A stretch of 61,499 nucleotides of DNA, the filler included. It is 6 parts of 6 records of this genome, joined end to end, with 100 filler letters (N's around TTAATTAATTAA, not from the genome) between each part and the next. Parts side by side here need not be neighbours in the genome. Positions count along the whole stretch, not along the records: positions 46,077 to 61,499 come from DRR723986_15144; 5 more parts are not named here. One strand, written 5' to 3'. The notes beneath the pieces were generated by a model. It did not search any database. It saw only the letters and a list, made by a program, of their open reading frames with translations, and was not told the DNA's origin. Position numbers and translations under genes: made by a program. Shown here in pieces: positions 50,887 through 59,117 of this stretch (positions are counted from its first letter, which is position 1; each line of letters opens with the position of its first letter).

Positions 50887-52047
50887 ATGCGTAAACGAAT
50901 TGTCATTGTCGGTCCAGCACATCCCTATCGCGGCGGTCCGCCAACATATGTTGGATATCTGCACGAATCGCTGACGCGCGATTTCGACGTTGAGATCATT
51001 AACTTCTCGCGGCTCTATCCCGACTTCCTGTTTCCGGGCACAACGCAGTACGACCAAAGCCAGGACCTCAGAAAACAGACACCCAGTAAACGTTTGATAG
51101 ACTCAATCAATCCACTGAGCTGGGCGCGCGCCGCACGCGAAGTCAAAAAGTTTAATGCCGATCTGGTAATTGTCGATTGGTACAATCCTTTCTTTGGCCC
51201 TTGCCACTACGACATCACGCGCCGCATCCGTAAACAGTACGGCAACCGCATTGTGTTTATCACTGAGAACGTCATCTCGCACGAGGCGCGCCTGGTGGAC
51301 TCGGTCTTAACAAAAATTGGTTTAAAAAATGCCGGCGCCTTTATTGCTCTGGCGGACAAGGTGGCGCAGGAATTACAACGTTTTGCCGGCAAACGCCCAA
51401 TCTATCGCTCAGAACTGCCAATCTTTGACCTGTTTGCCGCCAAGGAATTTGACCGCCAAACTGAACGCAAACGTTTTGGCTACACCGCACAAGACAAAGT
51501 CATACTCTTCTTTGGTTACGTGCGTGAATACAAAGGCCTCGACGTCCTGCTGCGCGCCATGCCTGCCATCCTGCAGCGCGAGCCGCATGCCAAACTGTTA
51601 ATCGCCGGAGAGTTTTATCAAAAAGAGTCGATGTACCGCCAGTTGATCAAAGACTTAAACCTGGACGCCGCCGTGCAGGTACATAATCAATTTATCGCCA
51701 ATGAAGATGTCGGCCAGTTTTATGCCTTAAGCGACTTTGTGGCACTGCCCTACAAGAGCGCAACTCAGAGTGGAATATTAACAGTTGCCTATTCGTTTAA
51801 GCGCCCGGTTTTGGTCACGGACGTCGGCGGCCTGGCCGAGTTTGTGGAAGCCAACAAGACCGGCCTGGTTGTTAAACCCAACAGCCCGGAGGCTCTGGCC
51901 GACGGCTCGCTGCAAATGTTTAAAATGTTAAGTGAACAGAATGTAGAAAGTGAAATTGAAGCCTGGATTAAACGTTCCAGTTTTGGTGACATCAATGCCG
52001 TAATCGCCGGCATCCTTCAGGATTTTGAGGCGTCCGAGCAGGCCTGA
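50887..52047 (+). CDS. Glycosyltransferase family 4
   Basis: GPAHPYRGG, LFFGYVREYKGLD, LPYKSATQSG, TDVGGL. Confidence 0.9.
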   Translation: MRKRIVIVGPAHPYRGGPPTYVGYLHESLTRDFDVEIINFSRLYPDFLFPGTTQYDQSQDLRKQTPSKRLIDSINPLSWARAAREVKKFNADLVIVDWYNPFFGPCHYDITRRIRKQYGNRIVFITENVISHEARLVDSVLTKIGLKNAGAFIALADKVAQELQRFAGKRPIYRSELPIFDLFAAKEFDRQTERKRFGYTAQDKVILFFGYVREYKGLDVLLRAMPAILQREPHAKLLIAGEFYQKESMYRQLIKDLNLDAAVQVHNQFIANEDVGQFYALSDFVALPYKSATQSGILTVAYSFKRPVLVTDVGGLAEFVEANKTGLVVKPNSPEALADGSLQMFKMLSEQNVESEIEAWIKRSSFGDINAVIAGILQDFEASEQA

Positions 52048-53345
52048 TCAAGCAACCCGGCCAGTGCGCGCGCCGATTCGCGGCGTTCATACGGTCTAAT
52101 TTTAGCGTCTATTCCGTTGTAAGCATCCTGCTTGTTTTTCCAGGCCTTGTACAGTTCCAGCACTATCTGTTTAATTCCGGCTACGTCACTCTGGTGGGCG
52201 GAGCGTCCGGCTTTGGTTTCGTTAAGCAGCTGTGCTATCGCACTTTTGTCCGGCGCTACGGCCAGAATTGGGCGGCGCACACCGATATACTCATAGACTT
52301 TGCCGGGCACAATCGCTTCCGACTCTTTGGCTTCATCGACTATCAGCAGCAGCACGTCGCTGCGCATTAAGTATGCGATACTTTCGGCATGCGGCACATA
52401 GCCAATCTGTTCAATCTTGTCGCTAAAACTCGCCGTGTTAAACATCTCTTTGACTTCTTCGCCAAAGCGGCCCACAAATCGCAGGTGCAAATCCTGCCTG
52501 TTAACAAGCCCTTCGCTGATTAACTCTTCAAGCGCGTCGAACAGGCTGCGCGGGTTGCGCCGGCCGTACATCGAACCGGTATAGGTAAAGACCATCTGCT
52601 CAGCGCGCCGGTATTCAACGTCGGGAAAGTCAGATGAGTCAAAACCATTGGGAACGTGGATAAACTTATCGGCAGGTAACTTCGGATATTTTCTGAGGGC
52701 ATCGTCTTTAATGCCTTCCCAGGCGCATTCCACGAAGTTGGCATCGCGCATCACGCGATGTTCAAACATGCGGTCTATGCGGGCGGGCAGCCACCAGCGT
52801 TTGGGCGTCGTCAGGAATTCAGTCCAGGGGTCACGCAGTCCGGCCACCCAGGGCAGGCGGCTGATGCGTTGCAGCTTGCGGCCAATCATAGAGGCCGTGT
52901 ACGGGGGCGAAGAGCTGTATATCGCCTGAATGTTAAATTCTTTGATTAAACGGCGGCCGGCGGGCACGGCCGTCGCCAACCAGGCGACGCGGGCATCGGG
53001 AATAAAAAAGGTGGCGCGCACCCATTCAGCGATACGCTCTCGGGTAGAACGGCGCTGATCATCTTTTTTCATGACATTCACATCGATGGGCGTAGACGCA
53101 TCGCGCCCCACAAAGCGGCGATAGACCGCATATGGTTCGAAGATTTCGACACGTTCAACGTGGATGTCATCGGGTATTTTCTTCAACAGAGACTCATCGC
53201 GAGCCGGAAAATCGCCATTGCTTACGGTCAGTACGACCGGCATCCAGCCAAACTCACGCAGATACTGAATGTGTTTGAGGACGCGCTGCACTCCCGGACC
53301 ACCTGAGGGCGGAAAGTAGTACGCAATAACGAGGACGTGCTTCAT
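52017..53345 (-). CDS. Glycosyltransferase family 4
   Basis: IAYYFPPSGGPGVQR, SSPP, RDPW, PNGFD, PGKVYEY; 3' end overlaps the convergent GT4 by 31 nt. Confidence 0.9.
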   Translation of the reverse strand: MKHVLVIAYYFPPSGGPGVQRVLKHIQYLREFGWMPVVLTVSNGDFPARDESLLKKIPDDIHVERVEIFEPYAVYRRFVGRDASTPIDVNVMKKDDQRRSTRERIAEWVRATFFIPDARVAWLATAVPAGRRLIKEFNIQAIYSSSPPYTASMIGRKLQRISRLPWVAGLRDPWTEFLTTPKRWWLPARIDRMFEHRVMRDANFVECAWEGIKDDALRKYPKLPADKFIHVPNGFDSSDFPDVEYRRAEQMVFTYTGSMYGRRNPRSLFDALEELISEGLVNRQDLHLRFVGRFGEEVKEMFNTASFSDKIEQIGYVPHAESIAYLMRSDVLLLIVDEAKESEAIVPGKVYEYIGVRRPILAVAPDKSAIAQLLNETKAGRSAHQSDVAGIKQIVLELYKAWKNKQDAYNGIDAKIRPYERRESARALAGLLDQACSDASKS

Positions 53346-53366
53346 TTGACTGCCGACGGTACGAGA

Positions 53367-54461
53367 TTACTTTTCGACCGGCGCTTTCAGCAAACGACCC
53401 ACGGCGGCATGGACATCATCAACATCGAGGTGTTCCATGCAGCTGTACTCCGTGTTGGAACAGGAGGGCTGGAAGAAACACTTGCAGGATTGGCGCGGCT
53501 GCACAATTTCACCGCGATTGTAGAGCTCAAATTCGTGCGGGTTAAAGATGTTAACAAACAGCACGAGTGGTTTCTTGAGGCCGGTAGCTACGTGCATTGC
53601 CATAGTGACTCCAGTCACAACAGCATCACACTGGTCAACGAGTGAGATAAATTCTTTGAGCGAAAAGTGTCCGGGATAGTACGCACCGGTACGTTCGGCC
53701 AGGCGCATATTTTTCTCGTGTTCCTGTTCGCCACCCAGGAGTAGCGGAAACACACCGTCATCTTTCAGGTGTTCAATCAACTTTTCCCAGCGCTTTTCAG
53801 ACCAGAGGCGTGAAATCCAGCGCCCACCGCAGCCCGTATTCAGGCCAACAATCGGACGTCCGTTGGAAGGGATGTTCCAGTTGAATGAAGAGTCGACGTC
53901 CAGAATATATTCTTCACCGCGGAAATTCCATCCGCACATTTCGAATATTTCACGAGGATACGACTTGGTATTGTTCTGATTTACGTCATCAAACAGGCCG
54001 GTGATAAACTTATGGCGGGCATTTTCATCCACGGGTGACGGCTTGCCGTCTTTGAGGATAAAACCACGTTTATCGCGTGCGCGCACCAGGGAGGCGATCG
54101 CACAGGCTTCGGCGTCTTTATCGAGGTTTATTAGCAGGTCAAAATCGGTAGCCTGCGCCAGCAGGGTAGATTCGAGCGTGAACGGCAGCGGACGATGCAC
54201 AGCAGTAGGCAGGACTTCAGGATAGCGTGTAAGCCACCAGATTGCTGCCTGTGGGTATTGCTTGCGAATACGCCGTACCAGCGGGGTCGTCCGAATGACG
54301 TCACCGATGGCACCGAGTTTTACGATCAGGATTTTACGTGTCTGCGGGCTGTAGAAAGAGCAATCGCGGCAATGAGCGCCATGTTTCTTGTGTGGTACAC
54401 AGGGAACGTCTCCACGAAAATGAGCGCAGTCCGGATGCACGACAAACGAATTGTTCCGCAT
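53367..54461 (-). CDS. Glycosyltransferase family 9 (heptosyltransferase-like) with Cys-rich N-terminus
   Basis: ILIVKLGAIGDVIRTTP, LLGGEQE, MAMHVA; probable start 54461. Confidence 0.85.
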   Translation of the reverse strand: MRNNSFVVHPDCAHFRGDVPCVPHKKHGAHCRDCSFYSPQTRKILIVKLGAIGDVIRTTPLVRRIRKQYPQAAIWWLTRYPEVLPTAVHRPLPFTLESTLLAQATDFDLLINLDKDAEACAIASLVRARDKRGFILKDGKPSPVDENARHKFITGLFDDVNQNNTKSYPREIFEMCGWNFRGEEYILDVDSSFNWNIPSNGRPIVGLNTGCGGRWISRLWSEKRWEKLIEHLKDDGVFPLLLGGEQEHEKNMRLAERTGAYYPGHFSLKEFISLVDQCDAVVTGVTMAMHVATGLKKPLVLFVNIFNPHEFELYNRGEIVQPRQSCKCFFQPSCSNTEYSCMEHLDVDDVHAAVGRLLKAPVEK

Positions 54462-54886
54462 AGAGATGTAGTCAACCCTTAAAGTGAATGAACAAGGCAA
54501 TTGGGACGCGTTTAGCCAGGTGCATTAAGCGGAAATTTGCCGCGTGGCAGTTTCCAAACACCATAGCACAACGTAATGAGTAGCCTTGTTTTTCATACAG
54601 TTATCCCGCTTTATTGAAAGATTACCAGACTAGACGAAAGGTAGCAAGTGTCGTAAGCGGGTTCCCGTGTGTTTGACGCAGTTAGAAGGTTGAATTGAAG
54701 TGCAGGCGCAGTATACAACGCCCAAGCAAAGCAAGCAATATACAAATTTGTCCCCACTAGAGACAAATTTCAGACGACCAATGCCCTGCACTTTCACCGT
54801 CCCGGCGGTGGGTGCATCTCATGACTCGGGCAGCAATCTAGGGTTGCCGCCGCAATTTTGCAACTAGATTTGCAGACTGCTGCTGA

Positions 54887-55666
54887 TTAAAATTGATAAA
54901 GCACTGTCAACGAAAAAAGCAAAGCACCGATCAAATTCTCTTGAGGATTGGCTTCGGAATCGCGATGTGTGAAGAGCGGACCACGCTCCAATTCCCTTCC
55001 AACCATGTTGACGCCGCTATAGGCCAGGCTGAGGTCAACAAAATATTCATCCTGGAATTGACCGATAATTCCAAGGCGCAGTGCCGGCCCCATCCGCGTC
55101 GCATCGCCCTTGCCATCGGACTCAAACTCTTGTAATACTTCGTTGGTAGAAGATTTTACCAATCTCTGGCTATAGAGTTCTCCGGTAGCGAATGCTACGC
55201 GCCATTCCGCACCGGCATACATGCGTGCCACGCGATTGTATTCAATGAATTCGTATTGATATCCCAGAGAAAATGAGATCAGGTCGCGATCGTGTTTGAC
55301 GAAAAGGTTCGCACTACGGAAGGGAATCCGCTCGGCACTGCGCAGCAAAAAGTAGTCTGCATCCAGCACCAATACGTGTTTGTACCCCGGTCCCATACCA
55401 AAACGGCTGCGGAGACCAATTCCCGGCTGCTGGCCGTCAAATCCCGCACCCCAGCTTCCAAAGTTTTCGCGCGTTGGGTCGGCGCCATTAACCCAGAAGG
55501 TCGAAAGGCCAAGGCCAAGCTTGGTGTTGATGTCAAATTGAGCCTTGAGACTCGCCGGAAAACAGAGGCAACTCAGTAAACACAGCCAGCCCAAACCGGC
55601 AGCCACTTTTCTAAAACCACCATTGCCTGCGCCTGCCGACTGCTGCGCGGAGATCAAATCCGTCAT
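54887..55666 (-). CDS. Putative outer-membrane beta-barrel protein
   Basis: Signal peptide (LKA-Q); alternating beta-strand pattern; C-terminal VLYQF. Confidence 0.65.
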   Translation of the reverse strand: MTDLISAQQSAGAGNGGFRKVAAGLGWLCLLSCLCFPASLKAQFDINTKLGLGLSTFWVNGADPTRENFGSWGAGFDGQQPGIGLRSRFGMGPGYKHVLVLDADYFLLRSAERIPFRSANLFVKHDRDLISFSLGYQYEFIEYNRVARMYAGAEWRVAFATGELYSQRLVKSSTNEVLQEFESDGKGDATRMGPALRLGIIGQFQDEYFVDLSLAYSGVNMVGRELERGPLFTHRDSEANPQENLIGALLFSLTVLYQF

Positions 55667-55714
55667 CTAATGCTTCCTTGATGATGAGGCTGAGCGGAAT
55701 ATAGACCGCCAAGC

Positions 55715-56677
55715 TTATAACTCTTCCCGAATCGAGTACTGATCGTTGTTGATCGAATTCCGTACCATGAGTTCACTGATCAACCCCATTGAGACTAACT
55801 GGATTCCAACAATTATGAGCACCACACCCAAAAGGGCTACGGGCCGATTGCTGAAATATGTGTTCCCAAGGAACCACTGAATGGAGAGATACAGGTTTAT
55901 GCCAAAACCCGCCAAACCAAAAATAGATCCAACTGAGCCGAACAAATGTAACGGACGTTTTAGATAACGAGTTGTCACTAAAACGGTCATCAAATCCAGG
56001 TAACCTTTGACCAGGCGACTCAGCCCGAACTTGGAAACCCCAAATCGACGCGGATGGTGCCGCACCGGCAATTCTGTTACGCGGAAGCCATGCCAATGTG
56101 CCAGTGCAGGCAGGTAGCGGTGCATCTCACCATAGACCTTCAACTCCTTCACGACGGCGCGCCGATAAATTTTAAAGCCGCAGTTAAAATCATGCAGCTT
56201 GATGCCGCTGGCGCGTGAAGTCACCGTGTTAAACAGCCTGGATGGAATCGTTTTGTGCCAGGGGTCGTGGCGTTTCTTTTTCCAGCCGGAAACAAGATCA
56301 TAGCCCTCTTCCAGCTTCTCATACATGCGCGGAATTTCGTCTGGATCGTCCTGTAGATCGGCATCCATCGTCACTACAAGTGGTGCGCGTACGCGCTCAA
56401 AGCCAACCGACAAGGCTGCCGACTTTCCATAGTTGCGGCGGAAACGCACGATGCGAATGCGCGCGTCATCAGCCTGGTAACTGCGCAAGACTTCGTAGGA
56501 GTTATCGGTAGAGCCATCGTCGATAAAAATCAGCTCAAACGATCCGTTGAAGAGTTCGTCCAACTGTTTGCGCAGGCGCGCAATCAGCTCTGGAAGCGAT
56601 TCGGCTTCATCCAGCAGTGGAATTACCAGCGAAATTGCAGGTTCATCAGTCGTAGTTTTTTGCTGCTCGTCTTGCAT
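55715..56677 (-). CDS. GT2, ArnC/GtrB-like undecaprenyl-phosphate glycosyltransferase
   Basis: IDDGSTD, RNYGKSAAL, MDADLQDDP, HDFNCGFK, GEMHRY; two C-terminal TM helices. Confidence 0.9.
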   Translation of the reverse strand: MQDEQQKTTTDEPAISLVIPLLDEAESLPELIARLRKQLDELFNGSFELIFIDDGSTDNSYEVLRSYQADDARIRIVRFRRNYGKSAALSVGFERVRAPLVVTMDADLQDDPDEIPRMYEKLEEGYDLVSGWKKKRHDPWHKTIPSRLFNTVTSRASGIKLHDFNCGFKIYRRAVVKELKVYGEMHRYLPALAHWHGFRVTELPVRHHPRRFGVSKFGLSRLVKGYLDLMTVLVTTRYLKRPLHLFGSVGSIFGLAGFGINLYLSIQWFLGNTYFSNRPVALLGVVLIIVGIQLVSMGLISELMVRNSINNDQYSIREEL

Positions 56678-57201
56678 GATATACCGTCGTTCTCGTCGAT
56701 CAAAAATCGCCCGAACTCTTCAATTTTTTCCGAAGAGCATTCATTAATGTCAGGCGCATGCCAGGGAGCATCATTCTGCGGACAGTACTCTAAATCCAGC
56801 GCCGCACACCGTAACAAATATACTGGAGTTCCAGCTGCAACAGGTGACGGATTGCGTGCGTCAAGTCCAAATCTAGCGCCGGAGCCGCTCTTATGCAAAA
56901 GATGCTCCGCCGGGACCATTGCGGACTGCAATGCAGATTAGATGCCAGTCCGTACAGCAGACCTGAAGACCGCGTACAAATATGTATGCAGCTCTTACGT
57001 CGAATGGGGGCGCACAGCGGTACAGCCTTGGTCCACTCCAGCGCCGCCTACCCTGCTCAGCGTGTACTCCGCAAATCACACAAGTTGGCTCAGCGTTACA
57101 TCTAACACTTCTGTTTGGAAAACGTTGAGCGTATTCGTATATTTCGGGCTTCCCTTTACAAGGGTGGCAGCGAATTTATCATCTAATGAGGCGTACCTCA
57201 T

Positions 57202-57615
57202 ATGGCCAAAAGACGTCGTCGTTCGCGCAAGAATAAGTATATCCAGCTCTATTCGCCTTTCCTGATGCAGGAAACGAAACACGAGCTGATTGGTGAGCCG
57301 CTCGAAACGGAAAACGGCAAACACCAGTGGGCACGGTGCACAAAAAGTCACCACTCCCAACTGGTAAACCTTGATGCCCTCGAATCGAAAGAGTCCGAGG
57401 AAACCAAGGTCAGCATTTCCCGTGAAGACGCCATCAAGTACGATCCGCGCAAGGAGTACAACATTGGAGACGTCGTGTTTCATGAAACATGGGACGATGT
57501 TGGCCTGGTAAAAGGCAAGGAAATTACAAGTGGCGGCGGTTTTGCAATCGTTGTTGACTTTGAGAAAAACAAAATGAAACGACTGATTGAGCGCTTCGGT
57601 GCTTCCGCAATCTAA
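57202..57615 (+). CDS. Hypothetical protein with a Tudor/SH3-like C-terminus
   Basis: GAGG RBS; YNIGDVVFHETWDDVGLV...IVVDFEK; upstream CGTATATTTC at 57136-57145. Confidence 0.72.
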   Translation: MAKRRRRSRKNKYIQLYSPFLMQETKHELIGEPLETENGKHQWARCTKSHHSQLVNLDALESKESEETKVSISREDAIKYDPRKEYNIGDVVFHETWDDVGLVKGKEITSGGGFAIVVDFEKNKMKRLIERFGASAI

Positions 57616-57691
57616 TTGCAGTCGGCTGTTTCGACCCAGATTTGAATTTTAATACAGAATACGTCATACACTTATCGAGGCAAGATTTCAC

Positions 57692-57886
57692 GTGATCGGA
57701 GTAAACGTACACGATAATGAATCGATCGATCGCGCTCTGCGCCGCTTCAAAAAGAAGTACGAACGCAGTGGTGTGCTTAAAGAATTCAAAAAACGTCGCA
57801 ACTTCACCAAACCGTCGATTCAGCGACGCCTGGCCCGCCTGAAAGCAGCGCGCCGCCAGCACCGTCTCTCGATGGAACAGCAATAG
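57692..57886 (+). CDS. rpsU: 30S ribosomal protein bS21 (GTG start)
   Basis: NESIDRALRRFKKK...GVLKEFKKRRNFTKPS. Confidence 0.95.
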   Translation: MIGVNVHDNESIDRALRRFKKKYERSGVLKEFKKRRNFTKPSIQRRLARLKAARRQHRLSMEQQ

Positions 57887-57912
57887 AATTCTGCCGCGGC
57901 TAGTTCCGCACT

Positions 57913-59004
57913 GTGGAATCTGGAAAACTCCAAAGGCGACTTTGTAATCAAAGTCGCCTTTTTGTGCTTTTGACCACACCCACGCTTACATATAATCGCA
58001 GTTCCGATATCAGCGCAGTCATCATCTGCAAGGATGAAGCCGCGCACATTCAGCATGCCCTGCAGTCACTTAGCGGCAGGGTCGCACAGATTCTGGTACT
58101 GGACACCGGCTCAAGCGATGAGACTGCGCGCATCTGCGCACGCCACGGCGTAGAACTGCACTTTTACGAATGGACCAATGATTTTGCGGCGGCGCGCAAC
58201 CACGCCCTGCAATTCGCACGCCATCCCTGGATCCTGGCACTCGACGCGGACGAAACACTTTCAACCCAAAGCGCCAGCGGGACAAACAAAAGTAGCCCAG
58301 CAGACGAAAATGCCGAGATAGCCAAACTGATGCGTGATGCCGGCGTTGGTGCTATCCGCGTACATATTAAAAGTCGCCTGCCCGGAGCCGGCCAATCTCC
58401 CAATCAATTCCATACCCACAAATACCCGCGCCTGTTCCGCAACCGGCCGGAGATACGCTACCGCGGTGCCGTGCACGAGCAAATTGGTGATGCTGTACTG
58501 GAATGCGGACTGAAAATTGCCGACAGCGACCTGATGATACTCCACGAAGGATATGCCGCGGCCAGCGACGAAAAGGCCGCGCGCAACCGCGCAATGCTCG
58601 AACGCGAACTGCGCGAGAAACCCAACGATGCCTGGCTGAAATATCACCTGGCACAGACGGAGTTCAGCGACGGCAACAATGCCCAGGCCGCCGCGTATTT
58701 TCGTCAGGCTGTTAATAGCCGGGACCTGGCCGAAGAGCAACTCAGCTTTGCCAGACTGCGACTTGGCCAGATTGCCCTGGCGGACAACAAGCTGGAAGAA
58801 GTGCTGCAGCACACACAGAACAGCATTGCCGACGGCCAACTGGAAGGATTTCGTAAGTTTATCCGCGGCCTGGTGCTGGCCCTGAACAAACAGCACGCAG
58901 AAGCATTGGACTTGCTTGAAGCCGCTGAGACTGCAGCCTCCAGCATCGTCGACCAGGAACAGCGCAAGCAGTTGATTTCCGTATGCCGCGAGCAAGTAGA
59001 TTAG
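57913..59004 (+). CDS. GT2 plus TPR glycosyltransferase
   Basis: ICKDEA, LDTGSSD, WTNDFAAARN, LDADE, RLFRN, YRGAVHEQ, HEGY, then TPR-like helices; start uncertain. Confidence 0.85.
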   Translation: MESGKLQRRLCNQSRLFVLLTTPTLTYNRSSDISAVIICKDEAAHIQHALQSLSGRVAQILVLDTGSSDETARICARHGVELHFYEWTNDFAAARNHALQFARHPWILALDADETLSTQSASGTNKSSPADENAEIAKLMRDAGVGAIRVHIKSRLPGAGQSPNQFHTHKYPRLFRNRPEIRYRGAVHEQIGDAVLECGLKIADSDLMILHEGYAAASDEKAARNRAMLERELREKPNDAWLKYHLAQTEFSDGNNAQAAAYFRQAVNSRDLAEEQLSFARLRLGQIALADNKLEEVLQHTQNSIADGQLEGFRKFIRGLVLALNKQHAEALDLLEAAETAASSIVDQEQRKQLISVCREQVD

Positions 59005-59117
59005 CGCCCGATGACGTTCTGCAGCATGGTCAGACGCCGCACTTTTGACGCGGCAGTTATTATTTCCGAATGAAGCCTTGAAATTTTTCGGCTCCGATTT
59101 TTAGCCCTGAAACACTT

